64,000 nt of DNA from Methanobacteriota archaeon (GCA_002712285.1 PATC01000016.1:17219-81218); one strand, 5' to 3'; numbered from the stretch's first letter, positions 48,203 to 56,050 are shown. Notes: generated by a model not told the origin, from the letters alone. Numbers and translations are program-made.

Positions 48203-49018
48203 ATGGCCTACGAAGTTGCACACAGTGTCCTTCACCATCTTCAATCAAAAGGAAACACCGGCCACATTGTTGTCATTGATCCAGATGATCAAACTCCAGA
48301 AGTGGCGGCAAAGCGTGCAATTGCAACAATAATTGCAGGCACACGTGCCATTTTGGTTGGGGGATCTACAGCAATTGACGGGAGTCCAGTTCATGATACA
48401 GTTGTCGCAATCAAAGAAGCAATCGAACTCTGTCGTTGGAATGCATCTCAAGATTCAGATTCGGATGAAGATATGTGGGATGTTCCAATCATCCTTTTTC
48501 CAGCCGGTGCACGGGCTCTCTCTCCAGCTGCCGACGCAATCACATACATGTCTTTGATGAATAGCCGCAATCTACAATTTGTAATGGGGGAACAAGTACT
48601 CGGCGCACCCATTGTTGAAAAAATGGGTATAGAAGCCATCCCAATGGGATATGTTGTATTCGCACCTGGGGGAAAAGTTGGGGCAGTAGGAGAGGCCAAT
48701 CTCATTGAGAGTGATGATATTGAGGGAGCGGTAGCATACGCTCTTGCTGCGAAAATGCTTGGTTTCAAAATGATCTATCTTGAGGCAGGTAGTGGTGTAA
48801 ATCAGCCAGTAGATTCACAAATTATTCAGGCAGTTCGAGCAGCAGTTCCTGAATTAGTTTTGATTGTGGGTGGGGGTATGAGAACGGGTGAACAAGCTCA
48901 AGCGAGTGCACGTTCTGGTGCTGACTGGATAGTTACGGGAAATCTTACCGAGGAATATGATGATGCATCAGAACTCGAGAATGTAATGCGAAAATACATC
49001 CAAACGATGCGAGAATAA
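48203..49018 (+). CDS. Geranylgeranylglyceryl phosphate synthase (GGGPS/PcrB family)
   Basis: TIM-barrel motifs ILVGGSTAIDG, GYVVFAPGG, MIYLEAGSG and LIVGGGMRTGEQA. 271 aa. Confidence 0.88.
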   Translation: MAYEVAHSVLHHLQSKGNTGHIVVIDPDDQTPEVAAKRAIATIIAGTRAILVGGSTAIDGSPVHDTVVAIKEAIELCRWNASQDSDSDEDMWDVPIILFPAGARALSPAADAITYMSLMNSRNLQFVMGEQVLGAPIVEKMGIEAIPMGYVVFAPGGKVGAVGEANLIESDDIEGAVAYALAAKMLGFKMIYLEAGSGVNQPVDSQIIQAVRAAVPELVLIVGGGMRTGEQAQASARSGADWIVTGNLTEEYDDASELENVMRKYIQTMRE

Positions 49019-49169
49019 CATCATTTACGCAACGGCGGCTCCCAATCTTTGAATTCAAACAAGAATCTGTAACGCCTCTTTGAACCAACCCTTCGCTACA
49101 GCAATAAGAAATGCTACAACCATAAAGAGTCCGCAACGGCTACAGCCATGTCTGCAAGAAACTGCTCCA

Positions 49170-49175
49170 TTTTTT
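49170..49175 (+). terminator. Oligo-T tract (T6), candidate archaeal terminator for the GGGPS transcript
   Basis: TTTTTT on the plus strand, 152 nt after the GGGPS stop and 11 nt before the 3-prime end of the convergent micro-ORF. A functional role has not been shown. Confidence 0.25.
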
Positions 49176-49185
49176 CTCCATTGGA

Positions 49186-49257
49186 TTAACAATTATCGCA
49201 ATTAGCACAATTGTCACAACAATCACATTCGTTCATGAACAACATACCCCCCATCAT
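49186..49257 (-). CDS. Candidate micro-ORF, 23 aa, Cys-rich: MMGGMLFMNECDCCDNCANCDNC
   Basis: The ATG at 49257-49255 overlaps the coiled-coil gene stop as ATGA. The ORF is bounded by an in-frame TGA upstream and TAA at 49188-49186. There are 6 Cys in the last 13 residues, with CxxCxxCxxC spacing. It is below the ORF-track size cutoff, and there is no evidence of translation. Confidence 0.25.
   Translation of the reverse strand: MMGGMLFMNECDCCDNCANCDNC
49189..49224. repeat. Imperfect 9-bp tandem repeat (ACAATTATC / GCAATTAGC / ACAATTGTC / ACAACAATC)
   Basis: Read directly from the plus strand. On the minus strand it encodes the (D/A)-N-C triplets of the micro-ORF. Confidence 0.6.
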
Positions 49258-50465
49258 TCATCGATATCTCTTAGTGCAGGTGGAGCACTTCCACCGGGAG
49301 AGGGAACATCACTATCTTCAGGCTCAATAGGCTCAAGTCCGGTAGGCAAACCTGCATCTTCTCTTCGTTGCTGGATTTGTTCATGAGCACGTACTACATT
49401 CAACGAATCTCTGAATGCCTTATTCACAACTTCTCTTGTCGCCTCCGACTTCCTCAGAACGTTAAGCTCTCCAATGATTTGATCATGAGATTCCTCTAGA
49501 GATTTCAATTCAGCCGTTCTATCAGATAGACCAGCTTCAATATCTTGCATCGTTAACTGTAATTGAGCAATTCTTTCATCGCGATCGAATACTTCTCTAT
49601 GGAGTCGGCGCTCACGACGTCGTAACGCCTCATACTCCCGATTCCGATCAACCAATCGTCGTTTTAATTCCTCAATTTGTTCACTGAGATATTCATGTTC
49701 AGCAGAAACACTACGTGGTCCAGACATAACTCGTTGAAGTTGTTCTTCCAACTCACCAATTCGATCATCTCGAATCTCAAGATGATTTCTAACTTGTTCA
49801 ACCAATTCTCGTAAACGGTCTCTCTCATCTTCCAAAGAGGATTTTTCTGAACGCTCATTTTCAAGTTCCCTCTGAGTTCCCTCTAGCTCGTGATTCAAAG
49901 TACGAACCTCTTCTGCAGTAACTGAAGTAAGTCCCGCCTCTGCAGCCTTTTCCAAAGCGTCTACAAGAGTCGCAACCTTTGCCTCCATCTCAACAAGCAA
50001 TCCTGTTTTCTCTTCGACTTCATCTAACAATCGAGTATTATCTCCTTCAAGAGATTCTACTCGTAATGCACCAGTACCAACAGACAATTCTTCGATTTCC
50101 TTCTTACTATCTTCAACCATCCGTTCAAGATGAATAATTCGTGCTTCTCGAGCACGAAGATCTTCTTCCATTCGAATTAGCCTAGCTCGATCAGGGGCAC
50201 CGATATCTTCCCGCTCTTGGAGATCTAATTCAAGCACACGATTTTGTTGTCGGAGGCTTGCTACCTCTTCATTTATTGAAGAGAGGTCTTCCCAAGCAGT
50301 CATTACTTCCTTGACTAACTGATCTTGACCGTAAGATTGGAGCATTCCTACCAAACCCTCACGATCAGTTCCACTTGACTGTGGTGAATCTTGAGTAGTC
50401 ATGACCAATCGGGTGGAATCGTTATTCCACTGCACTTGAACCTTCTCTGACTCAACGGGCCTCAC
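49254..50465 (-). CDS. Long coiled-coil protein (E/R/L/Q-rich), unknown function
   Basis: 403 aa. Residues ~60-370 are near-continuous heptad-like charged helix (e.g. LRQQNRVLELDLQERED, RELENERSEKSSLEDERDRLRELVEQV, LRRRERRLHREVFDRDERIAQLQL). Both ends look disordered. GTG start at 50465, with an alternative ATG at 50402. Confidence 0.7.
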   Translation of the reverse strand: MRPVESEKVQVQWNNDSTRLVMTTQDSPQSSGTDREGLVGMLQSYGQDQLVKEVMTAWEDLSSINEEVASLRQQNRVLELDLQEREDIGAPDRARLIRMEEDLRAREARIIHLERMVEDSKKEIEELSVGTGALRVESLEGDNTRLLDEVEEKTGLLVEMEAKVATLVDALEKAAEAGLTSVTAEEVRTLNHELEGTQRELENERSEKSSLEDERDRLRELVEQVRNHLEIRDDRIGELEEQLQRVMSGPRSVSAEHEYLSEQIEELKRRLVDRNREYEALRRRERRLHREVFDRDERIAQLQLTMQDIEAGLSDRTAELKSLEESHDQIIGELNVLRKSEATREVVNKAFRDSLNVVRAHEQIQQRREDAGLPTGLEPIEPEDSDVPSPGGSAPPALRDIDE

Positions 50466-50497
50466 CCGCCGTGTTTGAGGGTTCTATCACGTAGCCG

Positions 50498-51511
50498 TTA
50501 CTCGATGGAAGTATACATCTCGTCAGGCATAGCCCCAGCGAGTTTTAGAGCCCCATCAGCAACACGTACTACTGGATCTTCAGCACACCAAACAGTCACA
50601 TCACCAATGTCGGCGAGGTGTTGAGCAACACGTTCAGCAAGCCCTCCAATCAAAGATCCTCCACCAGCTAGGATGATGTTGTTTCGTAATACACTTTGAT
50701 ACTCTGGGTCAGCACCAGCGACAATATTCTTCACTCCCTCAACAATGTGAGGTACGAGCTCATTACAAGCAAGTCGAACCAAGTCACCAATATCGACATT
50801 CTGCTTCTTTCCATCAACAGATAAGTCAACCATAAACTCGTGAGAATCATCACCCACGTAGGATCCTTCTTCCTTCCATCGGCGGACCATTGATTGTGTC
50901 AATTGGGCACCAGCATATTTCTTGTTGATTAGATTCATCAAGCGATGGTCGAGCCAATCACCGGCTTCTTCGATAGTAACTTGGTCATCATCGGTTGGAA
51001 AAGTCCCGTAAATTCGAGCAATGTCTGTGGTGCCAGCACCAATATCGACAACAATACTTCCAGCAATCTGGTCAAGGCCGAAAGCTACTGCGAATGGCTC
51101 TGAGACAACCATGATACCGTTTACGAGGCCACGCAGAATCGAAACAAGATTTGTCTTGTCTGTGAAACTGATATGAGATGGACTGCAGATAACTCCGAGG
51201 ACTTCATCATACTCTTCAGGGTCACAATTCTCAATCAAATGAGTAACGAATGCCTTTGCAGCACTCAGATTTTCTTCATCATCCTGGGCAACACCATGTT
51301 CTAGTGGCCGGAAGAGGTTGCAAGCTAGTCGATGTTTGATAGCATCTTCACCGAAGACAACATCTCTACCAAGAAAATTCCTTGCGACGGGGTCCTTTGG
51401 CTTTCCAACTACTGTTTCAATAGTCGTCATGACGCCTTCAGAGGACATGACGGTTGATTGGTAGGTTCCTAAATCGATTCCGATGTACAGTCGTTCGCTC
51501 ATTGTATTCAT
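50498..51511 (-). CDS. Actin-fold (ASKHA) ATPase, MamK/MreB-like
   Basis: Phosphate-1 YIGIDLGTYQS, VVGKPKD, connect-1 FRPLEHGV, VSEPFAVAFG, phosphate-2 SIVVDIGAGTTDIA, adenosine motif IILAGGGSLIGGL. I placed the start at ATG 51511 (MNTMSERLYIGIDLG), because the track start at 51613 overlaps the S8 gene by 44 nt. Confidence 0.78.
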   Translation of the reverse strand: MNTMSERLYIGIDLGTYQSTVMSSEGVMTTIETVVGKPKDPVARNFLGRDVVFGEDAIKHRLACNLFRPLEHGVAQDDEENLSAAKAFVTHLIENCDPEEYDEVLGVICSPSHISFTDKTNLVSILRGLVNGIMVVSEPFAVAFGLDQIAGSIVVDIGAGTTDIARIYGTFPTDDDQVTIEEAGDWLDHRLMNLINKKYAGAQLTQSMVRRWKEEGSYVGDDSHEFMVDLSVDGKKQNVDIGDLVRLACNELVPHIVEGVKNIVAGADPEYQSVLRNNIILAGGGSLIGGLAERVAQHLADIGDVTVWCAEDPVVRVADGALKLAGAMPDEMYTSIE

Positions 51512-51569
51512 CTCATGTCCGGGGGACGAATGACGCACAACACTCGTGGGTATGAATGTTCCATTCACA

Positions 51570-54158
51570 TTAACTCCCTTTTTCCTGTGAATTTTCTTCT
51601 TTTTTCCCAACATCTTTTTTCTTGGGTTTGATGAATAGGAATGGCACTAAGGCGATAATTACACTACAACATCCCATGAAACAAATAGTCGCCATTTCTT
51701 CTTTCTCAGGTAACTTAGACAACCACGAATCACCTAGTATATTCCCCCCACCTATTGGAGGCAATGTAGAGCCCCCATCATTGTAATTCCCATTAGGGGC
51801 ACTGTAACCAGGGTATGACTGTGGTGGTGCATAGTAGCAACTACCATCATTACGGGTTGCATTTAGATTGTAATTGATAGCACTGGGGAAAGTACATCCC
51901 CATACATCTTCTTCAGTATTGTTGTCATCACTATTCTTTTCCACCCACACCATACCTGCTGCATCACAATCTACTTGATTGTCAATACTAGCAACAATAG
52001 CGTGGGAATCAATGTCATAGCATACCATTTCATCATTCGTCAAATTTAGTGTGACATTATCACGATACACTCCAGATGCAGCAAGCGCAAATCCTAGGCG
52101 ATCACCTGCATTTCCTACAGACCCAGACCAACCAGGAACAGCAGCTCCAACAGCAGATGCCACTACAGAAACATGAATGGATGAAATACCCACCAAATCC
52201 TCGGCTGGTATTTTCACCACTTCAGTCGCTTCTAAGGGGTCAGCTGAACTCCTATTTTCTTCCCCATAAGACACAATCAAGTCTAGATTGTCTACCGCGT
52301 CACCAAACGGTCGGGGATTGAATGAGAGAGCAATAGACACATCCTCCCCTTCTTTGATTTTCATATCCCAACTAACACTTTCATTCAATGCAAGAAACGG
52401 CCCATCCGCCCCCTCTCCTGTCCATGGTTCAAAGAGAACTTGTTCAATGGGTGTGCCATATTCAGCGCCCAACCATTGTTCAGCGAACATTTTCGAATTA
52501 TCAACTGCAAATGAGTCGTGAATCCATAGATTTGGACTCGGGTCATGTACTGTGTCGTTGGGGAATAGGTCGACAATACGACTGAGATTAGGGCGCCCCC
52601 ATCCCTGAATAATATCAGGGGCAGGTCCGATGACATCACCAGCACTCAAACCGCCTTCTAAGTCATCACTTGCAATCACCATTAACGAACGAAGCAGGGC
52701 CCCAGATGGAACTGAACCATTTGCAAGACTAACATTCAATTCCGTTCCAGAATCATGAGAATGAACCACAACATTTGTTCTATTTACTGCTCCTGATATC
52801 CATCCATCTTGCACCATTTGTTGTACAACAGCACTCCAACTTGCAGCCGCGGGGGTAGAAAAGGAGGTTCCCGTCCGAGTCCGTGATGCATTATTGAATG
52901 ATTCCCGTTCACCATCTGATCGAGCAGACTCGATACTAACACCTGGAGCAACGACTAGTATACCTCTCAAACCATCTTCACTAGGCCCTCGTGCCGATGA
53001 GGACATCACATCTAACCCTGCATCTCTAGTAGAGCCTCCAACAGCAACAACATTTCTTGCATTTGCCGGCTCATAGAAAGCAGCCCGATTATTTCCTGGT
53101 GCAATGAACGCTAGAGACCATGGAACTTCTACACTCCATCGATCGAATAGAGCGGAACGTGGAGTGTATGATTCATCCACATCACCCCATGAATCTGAGT
53201 GAATTACAGCTCCATATTCGAAGGCTTCAGCAAGCAAATAATCCACTTCAGGCTCCTTCCAATCTGAACCATCAACCACATCTTGAATCAAGAGCATTGA
53301 GGCATGACTCATTGAAGCCATTCCAGTTGACGGATGCCCCCCAAAATCATCCACTTCACGACAACCCAAAATTCCAGCAACATGCGTTCCATGACCAAAA
53401 TCAGTAATATCATCATCCCAATCATCGATTGAGGTATTGATATGGATTACTTTTCTATGGTCGGGACCAGGTGTCCCTACAGTTCCTGATGTATTGCGAA
53501 AACAAGAATGATCCAAATCCAATCCAGAATCTGCTACGGCGATAATCACCCCACTTCCATTCAAACCTAGATTCCAAGCAGGGTGCTGACTAATCTCTCC
53601 ATGTTCCATGATTGATGATACTACAGTATCTCTTCCTTCGGTTTCTAATACAGGGTGAATACTACGAATCCCCTGTATACTGGAAAGCTCAACCAAATCA
53701 GATCCATATGCAATAATCTCAAACTCTGTACCAATTGGCAGGTCTGGATGAACTACTCTCTCAAAACCAAACATCCCAATCTCACTAATTTCTCTAACAA
53801 TTCGTTGCACATCATCCGAAAGAAGTCGTGGCTCAAGCACAATCCTATGGACGTAAATATTTTCACGAATATCCAATGATGTTCCATACCATTCTGTCCA
53901 CACAATTTCACTCAGTGACTGAGGCTGATCAGTCCAAACTAGTAATTCATGAGGTGTTGGTTGGCGCAATGTTCTGATTCCTAACTCTTCCAATTCTACC
54001 CGCTCTTCAGACGTCCATACTGATTCAGATTCAATAATCCAAATATGGTGTGATGCAGATTCTTCTTGACCAGTCTCAAGATTTGTCGCAGGTAGTGGCG
54101 ATGCAACAAGCATCAAAATGAGGAGGATTGGGCGCATGTGTAGCCCAATAGGAACCAT
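51570..54158 (-). CDS. Subtilisin-like (S8) serine protease with N-terminal signal peptide and C-terminal TM anchor
   Basis: Catalytic triad contexts AVADSGLDLDH (Asp), HGTHVAGIL (His), GTSFSTPAAA (Ser). The C-terminus has a TM helix (ICFMGCCSVIIALVPFLFI) followed by a K-rich tail. An alternative start is at 54137 (MRPILLILMLV). Confidence 0.9.
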   Translation of the reverse strand: MVPIGLHMRPILLILMLVASPLPATNLETGQEESASHHIWIIESESVWTSEERVELEELGIRTLRQPTPHELLVWTDQPQSLSEIVWTEWYGTSLDIRENIYVHRIVLEPRLLSDDVQRIVREISEIGMFGFERVVHPDLPIGTEFEIIAYGSDLVELSSIQGIRSIHPVLETEGRDTVVSSIMEHGEISQHPAWNLGLNGSGVIIAVADSGLDLDHSCFRNTSGTVGTPGPDHRKVIHINTSIDDWDDDITDFGHGTHVAGILGCREVDDFGGHPSTGMASMSHASMLLIQDVVDGSDWKEPEVDYLLAEAFEYGAVIHSDSWGDVDESYTPRSALFDRWSVEVPWSLAFIAPGNNRAAFYEPANARNVVAVGGSTRDAGLDVMSSSARGPSEDGLRGILVVAPGVSIESARSDGERESFNNASRTRTGTSFSTPAAASWSAVVQQMVQDGWISGAVNRTNVVVHSHDSGTELNVSLANGSVPSGALLRSLMVIASDDLEGGLSAGDVIGPAPDIIQGWGRPNLSRIVDLFPNDTVHDPSPNLWIHDSFAVDNSKMFAEQWLGAEYGTPIEQVLFEPWTGEGADGPFLALNESVSWDMKIKEGEDVSIALSFNPRPFGDAVDNLDLIVSYGEENRSSADPLEATEVVKIPAEDLVGISSIHVSVVASAVGAAVPGWSGSVGNAGDRLGFALAASGVYRDNVTLNLTNDEMVCYDIDSHAIVASIDNQVDCDAAGMVWVEKNSDDNNTEEDVWGCTFPSAINYNLNATRNDGSCYYAPPQSYPGYSAPNGNYNDGGSTLPPIGGGNILGDSWLSKLPEKEEMATICFMGCCSVIIALVPFLFIKPKKKDVGKKEENSQEKGS

Positions 54159-54221
54159 ATTCTAACGAGACAATACAACCCTCATCATCCCTTTGGACCA
54201 TCAAGAGTAAGACCGTCGGTG

Positions 54222-54229
54222 TTTTATTT
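54222..54229 (+). promoter_or_regulatory. TATA-like box TTTTATTT upstream of the eL20/LX gene
   Basis: Centred about 26 nt upstream of ATG 54252, the spacing expected for an archaeal promoter driving a leaderless mRNA. Confidence 0.3.
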
Positions 54230-54251
54230 GGGCCGGGGTTCGCCCACTTTG

Positions 54252-54521
54252 ATGAAGGCATTCCGTGTAGTGGGTCATTACCCAGCGTCCAAGAAGAAGC
54301 AGGATTTCACCATCGATGTTGTTGCATCAGACAAAGAGGATGCTAAGCACCGTCTTTATTCTCATATTGGAAGCCGCCATCGTGTTCAACGAAGACACAT
54401 CACAATTGAGAGTATTGACAAGATAGATCCTAGCACCACCTCCTCTGCTCATGTCATTGATGCATTCCGAGATACAATTGATTCATCCCCTTCTCCAACA
54501 ACTGATGATAGTGAAGAATAA
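54252..54521 (+). CDS. rplX: Ribosomal protein LX (L18Ae / eL20)
   Basis: MKAFRVVGHY...FTIDVVASDKEDAKHRLYSHIGSRHRVQRRHITIESI matches the archaeal LX pattern (FRV.G......F.KEV.A...E.A.E.VYS..GS.H.V.R..I.I). I placed the start at ATG 54252 rather than the track's GTG at 54219. Confidence 0.78.
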   Translation: MKAFRVVGHYPASKKKQDFTIDVVASDKEDAKHRLYSHIGSRHRVQRRHITIESIDKIDPSTTSSAHVIDAFRDTIDSSPSPTTDDSEE

Positions 54522-55235
54522 TCACATAGACGAAGTCCATCTTTGGACGAGTTTGGGTAACAAATCTCCTGCTTTCCCTTGATGAAATTCATCAAATAAA
54601 TCGACGTTCTGTGGTGGTTCTAGATTTATTCCAATACAATGGGCACCACAAGCTTGTGCTATACCCAACAAACCAGCTGCAGGGTAAACATGGCCACTGG
54701 TTCCAATGGCGATGAAAACATCACAATCAGCAACAGCAACATCAATTTCCCGCATATGCAACGGCATTTCATGGAACCAGACAATATGGGGACGTAATCT
54801 TTCATTGTCACAATTTGTGCATGCTACAAATTTGTCTTCTAAGTGATTTTCCTCCATCGCAATAACTACTTCTCCACATATTTCGCACCGTAACTTGCAC
54901 AATTCACCATGCATATGAATCAATTTTTCAGAGCCTGCCTTTGTGTGTAAATCATCGACATTTTGCGTAATCAATACGAACTCCTCAAGGTAATTTTCGA
55001 GAACTACTAGAGCTTCATGTGCTGGATTTGGCACGACTTCTAACAATTGTCGTCGCCGGCCTTGGTAAAATTCCCAAACCAGCCTGGGATCTCTTTCCCA
55101 CGCATACGGGGTTGCTACATCTTCGATTCGGTGATTTTCCCACAATCCATCTGACGCCCTGAATGTACGAATCCCAGATTCAGCACTAATTCCTGCTCCA
55201 GTTAAGGTAACGATACGACTCTTCTTGTCGAACGT
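54522..55235 (-). CDS. cobB: NAD-dependent protein deacetylase, Sir2 family (start codon problem: possible frameshift or non-canonical start)
   Basis: The track ORF begins at TTG 55145 (MWENH). The same frame is open upstream to 55235 and there encodes TFDKKSRIVTLTGAGISAESGIRTFRASDG, the canonical Sir2 NAD-binding N-terminus. The zinc ribbon CEICG...CTNCD and FIAIGTSGHVYPAA are also present. There is no ATG/GTG/TTG in the 55235-55146 segment. Confidence 0.78.
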   Translation of the reverse strand, partial: TFDKKSRIVTLTGAGISAESGIRTFRASDGLWENHRIEDVATPYAWERDPRLVWEFYQGRRRQLLEVVPNPAHEALVVLENYLEEFVLITQNVDDLHTKAGSEKLIHMHGELCKLRCEICGEVVIAMEENHLEDKFVACTNCDNERLRPHIVWFHEMPLHMREIDVAVADCDVFIAIGTSGHVYPAAGLLGIAQACGAHCIGINLEPPQNVDLFDEFHQGKAGDLLPKLVQRWTSSM

Positions 55236-55239
55236 TCAA

Positions 55240-56016
55240 TCATCCCCCGAAATCCAATGCAATTGCCGAATCTCCTGAAAGGGGTAATTGGTATCCTAAC
55301 ATCCCACCAAGTAGATAAATCGCTCCAATTAGTAAGATCAATCGTACCGAATTTGACATTTCTCCATCCTTAGAATTGATCGCCAATCCAACCAATCCTC
55401 CAACAATGAATACTGAACCAACATTCATCCAAAAAATCGTTTTACCACTATGATCCCGAACCTTGTCGTTATATTCATCTAAATCATCATCATATTTGTC
55501 TAGTGCATTATTGTAATTTTCACTTTCTGAATTACTTAATCCGTCATCGTCAGCATCAAAATCTGAAGATTCGGGCACATCAGGTGGATTGCTCCATAAC
55601 GCAGAATTAGAATACGCTGCTGAGAGAATCATCATCAAGAAGCCCAATGAAATCAATACAGTAACAATTCCTTTTGATGATGTTATTGGAGTGCATATTT
55701 TTTCCAAAATTTCCCTAATTGGAAATGACGGATTCTTCGGTTGGGATTGCACTGGTTGTGGCGTAGAAATTGCCATTGGTGCCACCGATTCTTCCAATGG
55801 TGCTGGAGGTGAATTAGGAATTATGTTAGCAGCTGCTTGTGGAGGTGGTGGGGCGGTAGATTTTGGTCGGCTAACCGGTGGAGGAGGCAACTCATTTGGT
55901 GGCGGTGGTATTGCCTGTGCCGTATTTGCCATACCACTTGGATCGTAATTCATATCAGCAGAAGACTCTGCATCTGCCCATGGATCATCAGTTCCCATAC
56001 CCCCAATTTTGTGCAT
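55240..56016 (-). CDS. Proline-rich membrane protein, unknown function
   Basis: 258 aa. Pro-rich N-terminal half (PPPPNELPPPPVSRPKSTAPPPPQ), an acidic central loop and three TM segments. Confidence 0.5.
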   Translation of the reverse strand: MHKIGGMGTDDPWADAESSADMNYDPSGMANTAQAIPPPPNELPPPPVSRPKSTAPPPPQAAANIIPNSPPAPLEESVAPMAISTPQPVQSQPKNPSFPIREILEKICTPITSSKGIVTVLISLGFLMMILSAAYSNSALWSNPPDVPESSDFDADDDGLSNSESENYNNALDKYDDDLDEYNDKVRDHSGKTIFWMNVGSVFIVGGLVGLAINSKDGEMSNSVRLILLIGAIYLLGGMLGYQLPLSGDSAIALDFGG

Positions 56017-56050
56017 AGATAGTTATTCTTTGGCCTGATATCGATGCATT

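Noticed and set aside
49019-49040. Possible C/D-box sRNA (minus-strand AAATGATGT resembles a C box)
   Set aside because: The last base deviates from RUGAUGA. I found no convincing D box (CUGA) at the right distance and no terminal stem.
48945-49136. 63-aa minus-strand ORF with several Cys (..YGCSISYCCSEG..) in the convergent spacer
   Set aside because: It starts at TTG, and 74 nt of it overlap the well-supported GGGPS 3-prime end. There is no coupling signal. It is noted only because it lies near the Cys-rich micro-ORF.
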